DNA of 64,000 bases from Podarcis melisellensis (taxonomy: Eukaryota). The stretch lies in NCBI GenBank assembly GCA_964234715.1, contig OZ174277.1; one strand, 5' to 3'. The notes under the pieces are model-generated. The model had not been told where the DNA came from, ran no database searches, and saw only the letters and a program-made list of their open reading frames with translations. A program made the position numbers and the translations under genes. Below, one piece after another: positions 37,275-49,913 of this stretch (position 1 is the first letter of the stretch; every line of letters starts with the position of its first letter).

Positions 37275-38011
37275 CTAAAAATAATAACAAGTGTCATTAA
37301 TTGTTCTGCGTTGGATATCGAGTGCATATAGATACAGAGTTGGATCAGGATTTAATTAATTAAACTCAGTCCCCATTTAAATCAGTGAGATTTCAAGGTC
37401 ATGACTACCTTGTCAACAAATTTAGCTTAGCTCCAACTCACAGTCCAGAAAATAATTATAATAATAATTTATTCTGAAGCCTATGAATATGAAAAGCTGC
37501 CTTCTGAATAGGTCCTACATGCTCATAAGGAAAAGCAGCTTTCTGGTTTGCAGTCTATACAGAATGGGACTTATTGAGTTCTGCTTTCTTAACAATCAGT
37601 AATGTTCATTTCCTCTACTGGTATTACATGCAACATCTTACGTGAAAAATCTGGGAATACTGATGAAGGCAATGGACCAGGATGCTCATTTTCAGCAAAA
37701 CTGCAGGACTGCTGCTGGCTGCAATGCAGAGAACCTACTTACGGTAAGTATATGTTGCTTGGGAGCAAACATGTTGGTTTTACTATTTCTCCAGCTGCAG
37801 CTCTCTGTGCAAAATCACAAACTGATTTTGAAATTCCCTGCAGTTTTCAAAGCAACATGCCAGGGTGCAGAGGGCTGTTTGAAACTAGGCTACAGAACCT
37901 TTGCCGCATGCAGAACTCATTGCAGAATTCTGCATCACCACAACTGCTGTCACCAAATTTCCTGAGTCTCTCTTCTTTAAAATTCTCCATTGGCAAAAAC
38001 AAGAGCATTAC

Positions 38012-38233
38012 CTCTCAGTCCTGGCAAGCCATGATCTCCTGGGGGGCCTTTCAGTCCTGGGATTCCCGGTGGCCCAGCATCCCCTTGGGGGCCTGTGGGT
38101 GCTCCAAGTCTGTCACCTGCAACTCCTTTTGCTCCTGGAGGGCCTGGCCAACCTGGCAATCCTGGACTCCCAGGAAAGCCCTGCTCCCCAGGCAATCCTG
38201 GTGCACCTCTGTTTCCTCTGGGCCCAGGAAATC
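38012..38233 (-). CDS. COL4A2: COL4A2 exon (ex29 equivalent, 222 bp)
   Basis: [21 protein letters not shown]...[35 protein letters not shown]. Confidence 0.95.
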
Positions 38234-39140
38234 CTAAATAGAAAAAAATGATGATTCTAAGAAAAGTAATTTATTTGCCAGAATAAACTTGTTAAAGTTG
38301 ATTAATGGAAAACAATATAACCAGGATGATGCAAATCCCTCCTTAGCCAAATAAGCACCTTTATGTCCCACTGACTTCAGTGGAAAGCTGAACAAGTGCT
38401 GATTAAAAGCATTCACACCCTGTTGTCTTAAAACTACAATAATAATGTAATTTAGAAGATAATCCACAAATGGTCCTTGGGCAGAATAGTGTTACTAAGG
38501 TATTTAGCAGCAGTGGACTTTGTTCTTTCTGTTTTGATTTGTCCCTCAAGTGACCCATGTGAGTACATATGTGCTCCAACATCTCCAGACTGTGGGCAGT
38601 ACTTATTCAAGGTTTTCCTTCAAAAAGGAAGGAAAGAAAGATAGATAGAGAAGATGAATGAGACATCCTTATGCAATGATGCCTTATGCAATATCAGAAA
38701 CTCCATGTCATTATTCATGTCATTAATTGATTGGTGGAGATACAAACACATTTGAGAGGCACAGCTCAGTTAGTACTTGTTTAATGAGGTACTAATTTAC
38801 AAATGAAAAACCTAGAAATGGTTAAAGCATTTGTTTGGTTGACAGCCCCAATTATCATCTTTGTGGAGAATCCTTGTGTGAACAGGGACTGCTTTTTGCC
38901 AGGGTCTTGGCCTCAGAGCCATGCAATATTTTCACATGTTGACATTACATCTAAAATCATCCTCAGTTGTACAAGCAATTACATTGTTCTATACTGTATA
39001 TTTTGCAATTCCATTTGTGTGCATGACCAACTTGATTTTTATTGGAGAAGCAAATTACGAATGTGATATATAAACATGGATACATAAATTGAACACTTCA
39101 GATGTCTACAGTACAAGTGTGTTTTGGATTTTAACCATAC

Positions 39141-39248
39141 CTGGTGGGCCTGCTAAGCCCTCACGACCTTGATCTCCCAGAGAGCCTTTCAGCCCTTTGG
39201 ATCCATGCAGACCGAGTTCGCCTGCAATCCCTCTTGTACCTTTCGCAC
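39141..39248 (-). CDS. COL4A2: COL4A2 exon (ex28 equivalent, 108 bp)
   Basis: GAKGTRGIAGELGLHGSKGLKGSLGDQGREGLAGPP. Confidence 0.95.
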
Positions 39249-40589
39249 CTGCATTATTGAAGATATTATGCTAATGAAATGCAATAAATAAAAATATGTA
39301 CATGTTAAAGGGGAAAATACAAAATAATAATAGAAATATTGGTAATAAATTTATAGCTAGCCTTATGTAAGTTATATCTTTTAGGGCATTTCCAGATTAT
39401 GAGAGAACCATTCCTAGTGGTGGAATATCTTATTTCTATGTAATGTAGATTTGCTGCATGCTATTTCTAATGTACGGGTATATATTAAGTGCAACTGAAG
39501 GAGGGCTGTAGTGTTACAATTTGCAAAATATGGGTAATAGGAATACCCAGCCTTTGGACACACTTAAAAATTATTTTTCACATAATTTAAATGCTGGGGA
39601 ATTGTAATAGCGATTTTGTTGCAGAAGCTGTCTACAGGAAAGTTGAAAGAACAGTTAAAACAATAAAACCAGATCTTCAGCTCAGGGAAATGCATCTTCA
39701 GGAGCTAGAAGAAATCCAATACTGACAGCCCCCACTCCTATTTCAGCAGGGAGGACAACCCACAGCGCTGCTGCCACCAGTGAGAAAGCCTGCCTCTACA
39801 TCACCACAGGCCAACCATCATCAGGCCAAACTAGCCAGGTTCCTTGAGCTGCCTGTGGTGCCCTGGAAGCAAAGGGGAAGGTGGCTTTCCAGTTCATACC
39901 TAGTGAAGACAGCATCCTCCACGACCGAGACAAGGAACTGAGGCTGTTGCCTTTGGACAGACATTTTACCAAAGTAAAAACAAATACTTGCAGGGTGGGG
40001 GGGGGGATCCTCTGAAATGTTGACATTTTGGATTGGAATATTTAGCCTTTTGCATTCCTCTTAGGATTACATGTAAAGCAGTATTATTCATAAAGGGCAT
40101 GTGAGGAGATCCATGACTTGCAGCATGGAAGGCAGGTTGTAAGTATTTGGGTAACAATTGTAGGATTGTTAAATAAACAAGCAAGCAAGCAAACAAATCT
40201 TACTAGTTGCAGATGATTCAGATAAACGTTTTGATAGCAAGTAGGAAGATTGAATTTGATATGCTGTTGTACTTTTACATTACTTTCAAAGTTGCATTTG
40301 CAGACTGATCTGCAAGCTACACCTAAATCTTTTGACTGAAGCAAAAATTATATTTCCACATTCCTGGAAGTTGCTCTGTCTGCAAACTCTCCAAGAAATG
40401 TGAAATAGCACAGATATAAATAACATTGTCAACTATAGATATGGGCAAATAAGATCTAATAATTATTTTTATAAATAGTTTCCATTTATTTCCTTTTGGA
40501 ATCATAATTATAGTTGAATGATTTGATTACGTGTTGTGCATTGTAACTTATTGTATTGTTATTGTTATTGTTATTGTTATGGCATTTAC

Positions 40590-40652
40590 CTCTTGGTCCT
40601 GGAATCCCTGGAGTTCCTGGAGTTCCTTTTAGCACTTGAATACAGCTAGTTC
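40590..40652 (-). CDS. COL4A2: COL4A2 exon (ex27 equivalent, 63 bp)
   Basis: GTSCIQVLKGTPGTPGIPGPR; carries the second Cys of the alpha2 loop. Confidence 0.9.
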
Positions 40653-40900
40653 CTGTAGGTAAACAATACAGATAAAAACAACAAAGTGGCTCTTCAAAGA
40701 CTTAACAAATGTATTGTGGCAAAAGAATTGTAGGCCAGGGGGCTAAGGATGGAGGAGAAATTTTGTTCCCATCTTAATGCAAATCTACCAGATTCACCCA
40801 CATGAACCAAAAGGCAGCTATTTTTTGAAATTCATGATGCAGTTTTCCAACACAAAAATGCATACAAAAACGTGTGTATTGGGGACAAAAAAAAAAAAAA

Positions 40901-41244
40901 AAAGGTAAAGGACCCATGACAGTTAAGTCCAGTCACGAACAACTCTGGGGTTGCGGCGCTCATCTAGCTTTACTGGCCGAGGGAGCCAACGTTTGTCCGC
41001 AGACAGTTTTTCCGGGTCATGTGTGACTAAGTCGCTTCTGGCGAAACCAGAGCAGTGCACGGAAACGCCGTTTACCTTCCCACCGGAGTGGTACCTATTT
41101 ATCTACTTACACTTTGACATGCTTTCGAACTGCTAGGTTGGCAGGAGCTGGGACCAAACAATGGGAGCTCACCTTGTCACAGTGATTTGAACCACCAACC
41201 TTCTGATCAGCAAGCCCTAGGCTCAGTGGTTTAGACCACAGCAC
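40901..41244 (-). mobile_element. Sauria SINE
   Basis: aaaggtaaagg tail; typical body; head ending gaccacagcac. Confidence 0.9.
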
Positions 41245-41941
41245 TATAAATCAGCAGGAAGTGCTGATAGCAGGGGCCAGGTAAGCCCCACCTTAGGCTT
41301 GGTTTTTTCACTCACCCTCTGTCACCTTCAGCACCTTCACCTGTTCATTGTCTGATTTAATATTTATTTTAAATAAATAAATAAACAAACAAACATAAAA
41401 GCCTCTACCACCCACTTCTCAGTGTGTGTATGTGCCTGTAAACATTTTGTCACAAAGGAAAGAAGTAAAGAAAGAAAGAAAAAAAGAAAGAAAGAAGCAT
41501 ACAGTCCTTTTGAGAATGTAATAGTATAGCTACCAATTTAGCAATAGCAGTGTGGCTTCTGGACCAGAAAAATCTCCCCCCATAATTAAACCTAAGATGA
41601 AATATGGCCTTCAGTGATGACTGTTTATTCAGATTGGATGTGGCTACTTAAGTGAATCCCCCAAGGGTAGACAGAAGGTATATTGGGATCTAGTAGTAGG
41701 CATCTGGGTGACAGGCAATAGGTTGTTATTATTATTAGTAGTAGCAGTAGTAGTAGTAGTAGTATTAACAATAGCAACCCCTCCCCCAAAAGTGAGGGCT
41801 TTTCTTCTAAAAATCAGACTGCTGAGTTGAGGAAAGCTCAGGAGAAACACCAAGAGTGGTTTTTGTGTGAGAGAAAAGTTTGTGAGCTCTGTTCTGACAG
41901 CGAAAATATGTTCCTGAGCTGAAGTTGAGCTCAGAGGTGCC

Positions 41942-42105
41942 CTAGAATTTGCTGCCAAGGAGTGTGGTGGAGTCTCCTTCTTTGGAGGTCTTTAAGCAGA
42001 GGCTTGACAACCATATGTCAGGAGTGCTCTGATGGTGTTTCCTGCTTGGCAGGGGGTTGGACTCGATGGCCCTTGTGGTCTCTTCCAAATCTATGATTCT
42101 ATGAT
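41942..42105 (+). mobile_element. CR1 LINE 3' end
   Basis: ggagtctccttctttggagg...ggttggactcgatg...tctatgattctatgatt tail. Confidence 0.88.
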
Positions 42106-43039
42106 TGTTTCTAAATTCTAATGATTTTGCTGCCTTCTCCTCTACTGAACCGCCTTTCTTTTGCCCCTGGTCATTAGTAGGCCTCAAGCTTCTAGTAGAA
42201 AGCCAAGTCTGCCAGGCTTGAAGTCTGCTTTTAGCATCCCAAGCAACTGTGGCCTATGATTGGGTTTTCATAAAAGCTTTTGGGTCTTTGTGTCCGAGTC
42301 ATCATTTAGGAATCCCTTCCTTTGTGGGCTCAGGGACAGCAAAACCAATTGTTGGAAATGACTGAATGCACAGCAGCTTTCCTGTGAGCCATGCTCTGTG
42401 TTTAGCTTTCAGGTGGTCAGGAAGAGTGAAAGAGTGGAATTGCACTGCAGAAGAGCTCCTTTAGGCCACTGTCAGTCAGGGTTCACTAGGGTTTTGCATC
42501 CTGCCTAACAACATGATCAGGGTTCCAGTGTCCATAAGCAGGGGGGTGGGGCAGGGGGTGGTCAGAGACAGGAAGCGGTAAGCACAAAACTGGGTCTTTG
42601 ACTCAGGTGAATTAAGCCTAGTTTCACCCTGTGTTTGTGCAACCTTTTACTCAGCAGCAATACCGTCCAAAACTAAGGGCAAAAACTAACTAGTGTCCTC
42701 TGGAAGGAAGGAGGACAGATGGTGTTGGTGGTCAAGGAATCTGGCATATCAGGTAACATGTGAAGGAGACAGAGAGGACGTGGCAATGGACTGGACTGCC
42801 TACTAAAAGCTTGATTTGACTGGATGCAAAATAGTAAGATGAATGAAGTTGTATAATGCTACTCACTGGAGTTTTCAACAGTTGCATTGTAATACATTTT
42901 GTTAAAAAAAATTTGGAGTGTAGTGTCAAATTAAAACCCTCTTCAGTTTGCATTAAGTTCTTCAAAATACAATTCTTATTATCATTCAGAATCACAAATT
43001 TTGCATACAAATTTACATTTTTAAATTATCATATTTTAC

Positions 43040-43099
43040 CTGACTGAATTGGCTCAGTTCTGTTACCTCTGAAAAAGACTTTGACTGTCTGTCCACAAT
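43040..43099 (-). CDS. COL4A2: COL4A2 exon (ex26 equivalent, 60 bp), non-collagenous loop
   Basis: DCGQTVKVFFRGNRTEPIQS; polypyrimidine-AG acceptor and GTAAA donor; phase 1/1; resembles recalled human [20 protein letters not shown]. Confidence 0.88.
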
Positions 43100-44578
43100 C
43101 TGAAATATAAAAAATTAGAACAAAAGAAATTTAGATTTCTTAAATTATCACCAGAAACAGCAATGTTCAACCCACCAACTGTATCTGCAGTGATCTTTTG
43201 AAATAAACTTGTTTATTTTGTGAACCACGCTGAGACCTTCAGAAGATGGGTAGTATACCTTTAATAATTAAAAATAAAAATAAATGGGACTGCTCCAGAG
43301 AATGTATTTATTTAATTATATTTTATTTATTAAATTTATAGACGTCCCTTCATCAAAAGATCTCAGGGCAGTTCACAGAATAAAATACAAGAACAACATT
43401 ATCCACCTGCAGTTCTATCCCACCTGCCATAACTGTTCCATGGCATGCCAGCAACTGCCTTTGATTTTTGAATTTGCTGGAAATACATGCAGCAGCGGAG
43501 AAAAGAGTATACAGCTTTGTTGGAAAATAAAATAAACAGTCATGAATTGGCCTTCTAAGTCTACAGAGTGAGACATCTCGTGGTGCCCACTCCTCAGCGT
43601 CCAGCCAGGGCCTGACACTTGGGTGAATATGAGAGATATCTGGATGTTCTGAGATCAGGGTGCCAGGTGCACTGGGTCACTGCAGCAATATCAGTGAGGT
43701 TGAGTCATTCACCCTCCCATTGGTTCAGGAAATATGCCTATGTGTAGGTATAACAGTCTCTAGGGCATTGCTTTCATTACGTCTTGCCTATGTCCTGTCC
43801 TGTTTGATGTCAGGGTCTGACTCTGAATCTGTGAAAGTCAGGGAAGACGCTGTGGGTTTTATGCAGCAGTGTTAGCTAACATGGTGATAGTGTTAGAGGA
43901 TCTCTCTGTGCATACGCATCTTTATTTCAAACACCAGGAGAATAGTATATGGTAGATAGCAGTGTTTCGCTTTGTCTTGTGTCTGGAGACAGTGAATACT
44001 TTGCTACTTTGAACTGTGTGGCAGAGGAGTTTCCCCCTTAACTGAGGATTCTGGAAGAAGCTGTTCTGCTGGGAGCAGGAAATCTCTAAGGCCTCTGCTG
44101 GGGTTCCATATACACTGTGGATATATCACACTGGCTGAAGTACCAAGTGACTTCTTCCACAAGTCACCAACAGAGCATGCAACCCTCAGTGTGGATGTGT
44201 CACGTAGCAGCCTGAGGAGATGTTTTATGGGAACAGTGACAGGAAGCACAAACCCTAAGTGCCTGAAGAGCACTTCTCCATAGGCCCTCACAAGTTTTAC
44301 CTGATTTATGAAGGGCGTTATTAAAAAGTAAATTGTTGCAAAACACATGAAAGAAAGTGGTGTCTAAGAAATATACAAGCTATGTAGATTTTGAAGACAC
44401 AACTCATCCAATGTTCCCAGAAGGCAGTAAGGAATTTGTGTAGCAGACCAAGTCTAATAGGTTTTCAGTGATGTACTCCTATGGCAATGAGGCAAGGGCA
44501 GGTGAGGCTGCCCACCTCAAGAATCCCCATATTTTATATGCGACACAATCACAGTTTCTGACTAGTGTTCATACATAC

Positions 44579-44780
44579 CTATTTCAGCAGGAGCGCCTGG
44601 AGGTCCTGGGGAACCTTGGAATCCAGGACTCCCAGGAACCCCAGGGTCACCCAGAGGGCCAGGATATCCCTTTGGACCTGGCAAGCCAACACCTGGCAAG
44701 CCTTCTTCTCCGGGAAAACCCTTTGGGCCTAACGGACCAGGTTCACCAGGATCCCCTGGTTCACCTCGTACACCATCACC
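44579..44780 (-). CDS. COL4A2: COL4A2 exon (ex25 equivalent, 202 bp)
   Basis: [67 protein letters not shown]. Confidence 0.95.
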
Positions 44781-45233
44781 CTGCAAGGGAAGGAAACATA
44801 CCTCAGCCTGCTTACAACGTATTAATCTATTTTAGCACTGAAATTTCATTTTTCACTTGCTCAGCAGCCTCACTAGCATTAAACAAGAATTCTGAACCAG
44901 AGGATATTTTGGCTTTCTTCGACCCAGTAATCACTGTAACAACCAGCAACAAGAGAGCCATAAGCATGAGCTTATGTTTTTAGATTATGCTACCTGATCT
45001 TCCAAAGAAAGATTTCTCATGCTTATCATGCTGGCGGCTTTGGTCAAGGTATCCTCCTAGAAAGTTATTGGCTGGAGATGATGGGAATTGTAGTCTGAGG
45101 TCCAGCGCAGAGGGCTTCTGGCGGTTCCCTCACTGCGAGAAGCGAAATTACAGGGAACCAGGCCTTCTCGGTAGTGGTGCCCGCCTTGTGGAATGCCCTC
45201 CCATCAAATGTCAAAAAAATAAACAACTATATG

Positions 45234-45991
45234 TGTCAGAGCTGCCTCCAGGTCCCAGCTCACAGAGGACCAACGCTAGCCGGTTGTAATGTACAAAAGT
45301 CTTTATTGAAGTTCAGTTTCCATTTACAAGCCGCAGCGTGCAGCTCTACATCTAGAACCTAGACCGGCGAAGCTCCGTCTGAGTCTCCGCCCCCTATACA
45401 CCAGTTTAAGACCCTGGCCTTACTCCACCTCTTCCGTTGTTCTTTCCTCCTCTGGGTCCGTCTGCCCCCCGGGGTCTCCTCCTTCCTGGACTCCTCTGAC
45501 GCTGACCCCCCTGACTCTTGTCCCTCCTTTCGGCGGGCTTTAGGACCTGGTTCCCTATCCGGGCTACCTGCTGTGCCGCTCGCCTGTACATTTGAACTTG
45601 GCGCGCGCGCCCAGTGGGCAACCTTCCTCTTGACCGTTTCTGCGCTCTCCGATGGAGGCGTGGTCAATCCTGACTCATCTCCTCTCGCTGGTGGTGAACA
45701 CCCTGGTCCCGATACCTGGGACTCCTCCTCCCCACTGCGCTCTGGTGGGGAAGCTGGTCCTGATTTCCAACTGCTGCTCTCTGAGTCCCCTCTGGCCCCT
45801 CCTTCTGGGGTGTCCCCCTTGGCACCCCCCTTGCCCTGGCCATAGGCGCCCCCTTCTGTGAATCTTCCGATTCGCTGGAGAGACTCAGGGAATCCCTCGG
45901 ACCACTGTCATCGCCTACGCTCCCCTCAGATTCCTCCCCCTCGCTCTCCATTTCCTCCCTCTCCTGTGCCTCTGCTCCTGAGCCCCTGACA
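45234..45991 (-). mobile_element. Solo LTR (758 bp), Gypsy-like, second family
   Basis: TGTCAG...CTGACA ends; perfect 5-bp TSD atatg; AATAAA on the minus strand near 45303-45308. Confidence 0.9.
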
Positions 45992-46013
45992 ATATGACAT
46001 TTAGAAGACATCT

Positions 46014-46241
46014 AAAGTGATGAAGACAGTAAATTGAAGGAGTTAATTTTATTAGAAAGATGATTTTGACACAATGAATTTCAGTTAGGAGGGATTTGAA
46101 GACGTCAGTTAACAATGAAGGATAAATTAGGTTTTATGTGTCTACATTTTTGTTTAGTTTTTTTGTTTTTAGTACTGTAATGTGTGTTTTTTATATGTTA
46201 TATTTGTTATAAATGTGGAAAATCAATAAAAAGGGGGAAAA
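46014..46241 (+). mobile_element. L1 3'-UTR stub
   Basis: AATAAA and A-rich end; 12-bp TSD tagaagacatct. Confidence 0.75.
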
Positions 46242-47527
46242 TAGAAGACATCTGAAGCCAGTCCTGTTTAGAGAAGTTTTTAATGGCTGATGTTTTAATG
46301 TATTTTTAACCATCTGTTGGAAGCCACCCAGAGTGGCTGGGGAAAACCCAGCCAGATGGGTGGGGTAGAAATTATTATTATTATTATTATATTATTAGTC
46401 TGACACCATCAAGAGTGTTACAGGTTGCCCAACCTGTCAGTTTGTATTTCTTCATACAGAAAGTATTGATCTGATTTGTAGAGATCTTTCCTATTCTAAT
46501 TAATTTAAGAGGGTTCTGGAAGCTTCTCTGTGTGACAGAAACAAGCAGAAAGTTCATGATGTTTGGGTTATTCCTTCAGAGAAGTTGAGTACAGCAGGCC
46601 TAAACTGGTTCTATTATCTCTTCTTCAAGGTCAAGCTGACTATAAAAGTAAGGCCAGTAAGTAAGGCCTGGGTTTTGGTTTCTCTTTCTATCTCTTTTCC
46701 TTCTGGTGTTCTGTACATAGGATGCTTAGTGTTAAGATTTAGACATAAGTTATTGCAAGTTTAAGTGAAGTCTGAAGCAACTGGATTTCTTATGGACAGT
46801 GCCAATCCTGAATGTATTGGATTTGTGATCATTATGCTCATTTGCCTTCAGTAGCAGTAAAGCTCTGTTCGATGAAATATAATTTTCTCTGGTCTATTTT
46901 TGGGGAATCCTGAAACATGTTTATGTTTTCACTCTGCTAACTATACATTGGAGTTTTGCTCTGGAACAATATTGAGTAGAATTCCATGAGACAACCCTGA
47001 GCCTAATTCTAATCTGCCAGGTACTTGACACACAACACCCCTCTACTCCTCATATTTACAGTCCTGGTTGACGGCCTGATGACATGCTGGCTGTGGGTGT
47101 ATTTCTCCTTAACTCAGAACAAAGCATATAAAGCATATGAAAACTAAATCACGGTGAGAATGTTAATTCATTATTTGGCATTATGCATGAGGAAATTAAC
47201 AGGAGGTGGCTTTGAAACACAAAACTTGTCATTGAACATATTTTTGCCCCACAGAGTTTAAAGCCATGAAGGGCCCTGCTGAATCAGACCCCAGTGCCAT
47301 CTAGTTCAGCGCCATGTTCTCTCAGATGGCTGTGTCAAACCCACATGCAGGGTGTGAGGGCAGGAGCACTCTCTCCAGTTGGGCTCCCCAGCAATTGGTA
47401 TTTAGAGACCTCCCACCTCCACAGCTGCTACACAGCTATCATGACTAGCAGCCACTAATAGATGGAGAAAAACTATATCCTTTCCCCCCCCACATCTTAC
47501 ATAATTGTACACACCTCTATCATGTCC

Positions 47528-47896
47528 AGGGACGCAGGTGGCGCTGTGGGTTAAAGCCTCAGCGCCTAGGACTTGCCGATCGAAAGGTCGGCGGTTCGAA
47601 TCCCTGCGGCGGGGTGCGCTCCCGCTGCTCGGTCCCAGCGCCTGCCAACTTAGCAGTTCGAAAGCACCTCCGGGTGCAAGTAGATAAATAGGGACCGCTT
47701 ACCAGCGGGAAGGTAAACCGCATTTCCGTGTGCGGCTCTGGCTCGCCAGAGCAGCGATGTCACGCTGGCCACGTGACCCGGAAGTGTCTCCGGACAGCGC
47801 TGGCCCCTGGCCTCTTAAGTGAGATGGGCGCACAACCCCAGAGTCTGGCAAGACTGGCCCGTACGGGCAGGGGTACCTTTACCTTTACCTTTTTAC
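47528..47896 (+). mobile_element. Sauria SINE (young subfamily), full length
   Basis: GGGACGCAGGTGGCGCTGTGG head; GGTTCGAATCCC B box; ACCTTT tail; 11-bp TSD ctatcatgtcc. Confidence 0.93.
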
Positions 47897-48719
47897 CTAT
47901 CATGTCCTTCCTTGTGCGCTTTTTTCCTAAATTAAAAAGCTCCACATGCCACCTTTCCTCATAGGGGAGTAGCTCAAGCCCCTTGATTATTTTGATGCCC
48001 TTTTCTGAACATCTACTTTCCATCCCTACTATATCTTTTTTCAGATGCAGCAATCAGAAGTGTACACAGTATTCCAAGATTTGTGTGGCAGCATTATAAT
48101 ATTGGCAGTTTTATTTTCAATCCCTTTCCTAATGATCTCTAAAATGGAATCCAACTTTTTTGCAGCTGCTGCACACAAGGCTGACATTTTTACTGAGCTA
48201 TCCAGTAGCACCCCAAAGTCTTGTTCTGGGTCAATTACCATCAGTTTAGGACTCATAAATGTGAAATTATTTTTGGGCCTCATTTTACTGTTGCTTCAGC
48301 TAAATAGCACTTGCCATTTTAATGCCCACTTATCCCATCTGGAGACATTCTTTTGGCGCGCCACACAATTCTCTTTTTTTAATCACACTGAATAATTTGG
48401 TGCCACCAGCAAACCTGGCCATCTTACTGCTCATGCCTAACTCCAGATCATTTAGAAACAAGTTAAGGAGCAATGATCTTGTCAGGGCACTGCCATCGGA
48501 CCAGGGTAGGGAAGCAGAGGGGCAGTTGGGTTACAGGGAACCTCTGAAAATCTTGTGAAGCAGTTTACATTTACTGGCTATCCCTTGGCTTCTAAGTTTA
48601 CTCAGGAGTGTTTAGTGAGGCACTTTATCTAAAGCTTTTTGAAAGTCCAAGTACACAATGTTTACTAGAATACCTCTATCAATATATCTGCTGACACTCA
48701 CAAAGGCTCCACAAGGTTA

Positions 48720-48869
48720 AATAAAAGAAATTGAAGAATATCTGAAGAAGTGTGCATGCACATGAAAGCTTATCCCCAGAACAAACTTAGTTGATCTCTA
48801 AGGTGCTACTGGACTATTTATTTATTTATTTTGACTGTGTCAGACCAACACGGCTACTTACCTGAATCT
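48720..48869 (+). mobile_element. Penelope-like terminal remnant with a decayed hammerhead motif (48738-48775)
   Basis: ctgaaga-a-gtgtgcatgcacat-gaaa-gctt; taaggtgctactggac; 9-bp TSD acaaggtta. Confidence 0.75.
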
Positions 48870-49913
48870 ACAAGGTTAGTTAGGCCTTACAAGCAAAGTT
48901 GTGGAATTCTGTGCCAATAGAGGTCATGATGGCTAACATTATATTTGAGTCTCAAAAACAACACTGAATATAAGACAGTGTTATGAGTAGGTTATTGGTT
49001 AAGATAGTCATGTACAATTGGCCTCCTGTTGGAAACAGGATATGCTTTGTTTATTTCATAAATTTTACACTGCTTGATTGAAGAAAAAACCTCAAAAAAG
49101 ATAAAACAATAAAACAATCCCTTAAAAAATTACAACTATAATTTAAAACATACAGAAATTTAAAACTGCAGTAGAATAGACTAAAAGTAAAGCTCATTAA
49201 ACTTTCCAAACACCTGGGTAGGCCTGTCTAAAAAAATGCAGTGAAGGTGCCTGCCTAATATCAACAGGCAGGAAGTCCCAAGGTGTCGCTGCCGCAACAC
49301 CGAACAATTGAGCTCTTACAGACTATTTGTGCACAGGACTCAATTTATGCTCTCATGAACAACATACTGAGTCTGAAGCACATTAATGTTTAGTATAGGA
49401 AGTACCTACTGCTATGCCAAGGATATGAGAGAAACCACCGTGTTACACCAGCACTACATAGATCTATTTTGACCATGGCTGAATAACAAATGGCCTTCAA
49501 TGTGACCTATTAATATAGAGGAAACAGTGGGTCGTCAGATGTTGTGTATCCTTTATTTAAAATATTTCTTAAAAATTAAACAAATAAATATAACAATATA
49601 CAGCAAGGTAAGAGGTAAGCTAAAACAAACCCGTAAAACGAAGGAGTAGAATAGGGAAAAATTTCAAAATACAACCTAATATGCCTGGGCAAAGAGCATG
49701 GTGCCAAAAATATTGTAATGCCAGCACCAGGCATGTCTCTTTGGGGAGGGCATTCCAGAGTCACCACAGAAAGGACATTTGCAATGGTTAGCGATGATGA
49801 ATGAGGAGTGTGAGACTGTTGCAAGGCTGCAAGGCTATGGACTCCCCATCCCTGAATTCAAAGAATTCTCTTCTTTGTCACATTGATAAGAAGAAGGTGA
49901 AGTAGTTACTTAC

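Larger units (their letters stand above)
45095..46395 (+). mobile_element. L2-like LINE 3' fragment, split by a solo LTR and an L1 tail
   Basis: gccttctcggtagtggtgccc..tggaatgccctccc; resumes at 45992 and 46242; ends gggtggggtagaa(att)n. Confidence 0.6.
47260..48890 (-). mobile_element. CR1 LINE fragment(s), interrupted by a SINE and a Penelope end
   Basis: Minus-strand peptides EQDFGVLLDSSVKMS..CAAAAKK...IIRKGIENK and IKGLELLPYEER match the CR1 ORF2 C-terminal region. Confidence 0.8.

Noticed and set aside
37602-38251. 211-aa plus-strand ORF and similar ORFs antisense to collagen exons
   Set aside because: Shadow frames of GC-rich Gly-Pro codons; no recognisable domain.
40590-40645. Alternative TAG acceptor giving a shorter exon 27
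   Set aside because: Would give 56 nt and break the frame.
43540-44340. Possible old LINE fragment
   Set aside because: I could not recover a diagnostic motif by eye, so it is left unannotated.
47528-47610. tRNA gene-like A and B boxes
   Set aside because: SINE heads that continue into SINE body and tail, not tRNA genes.
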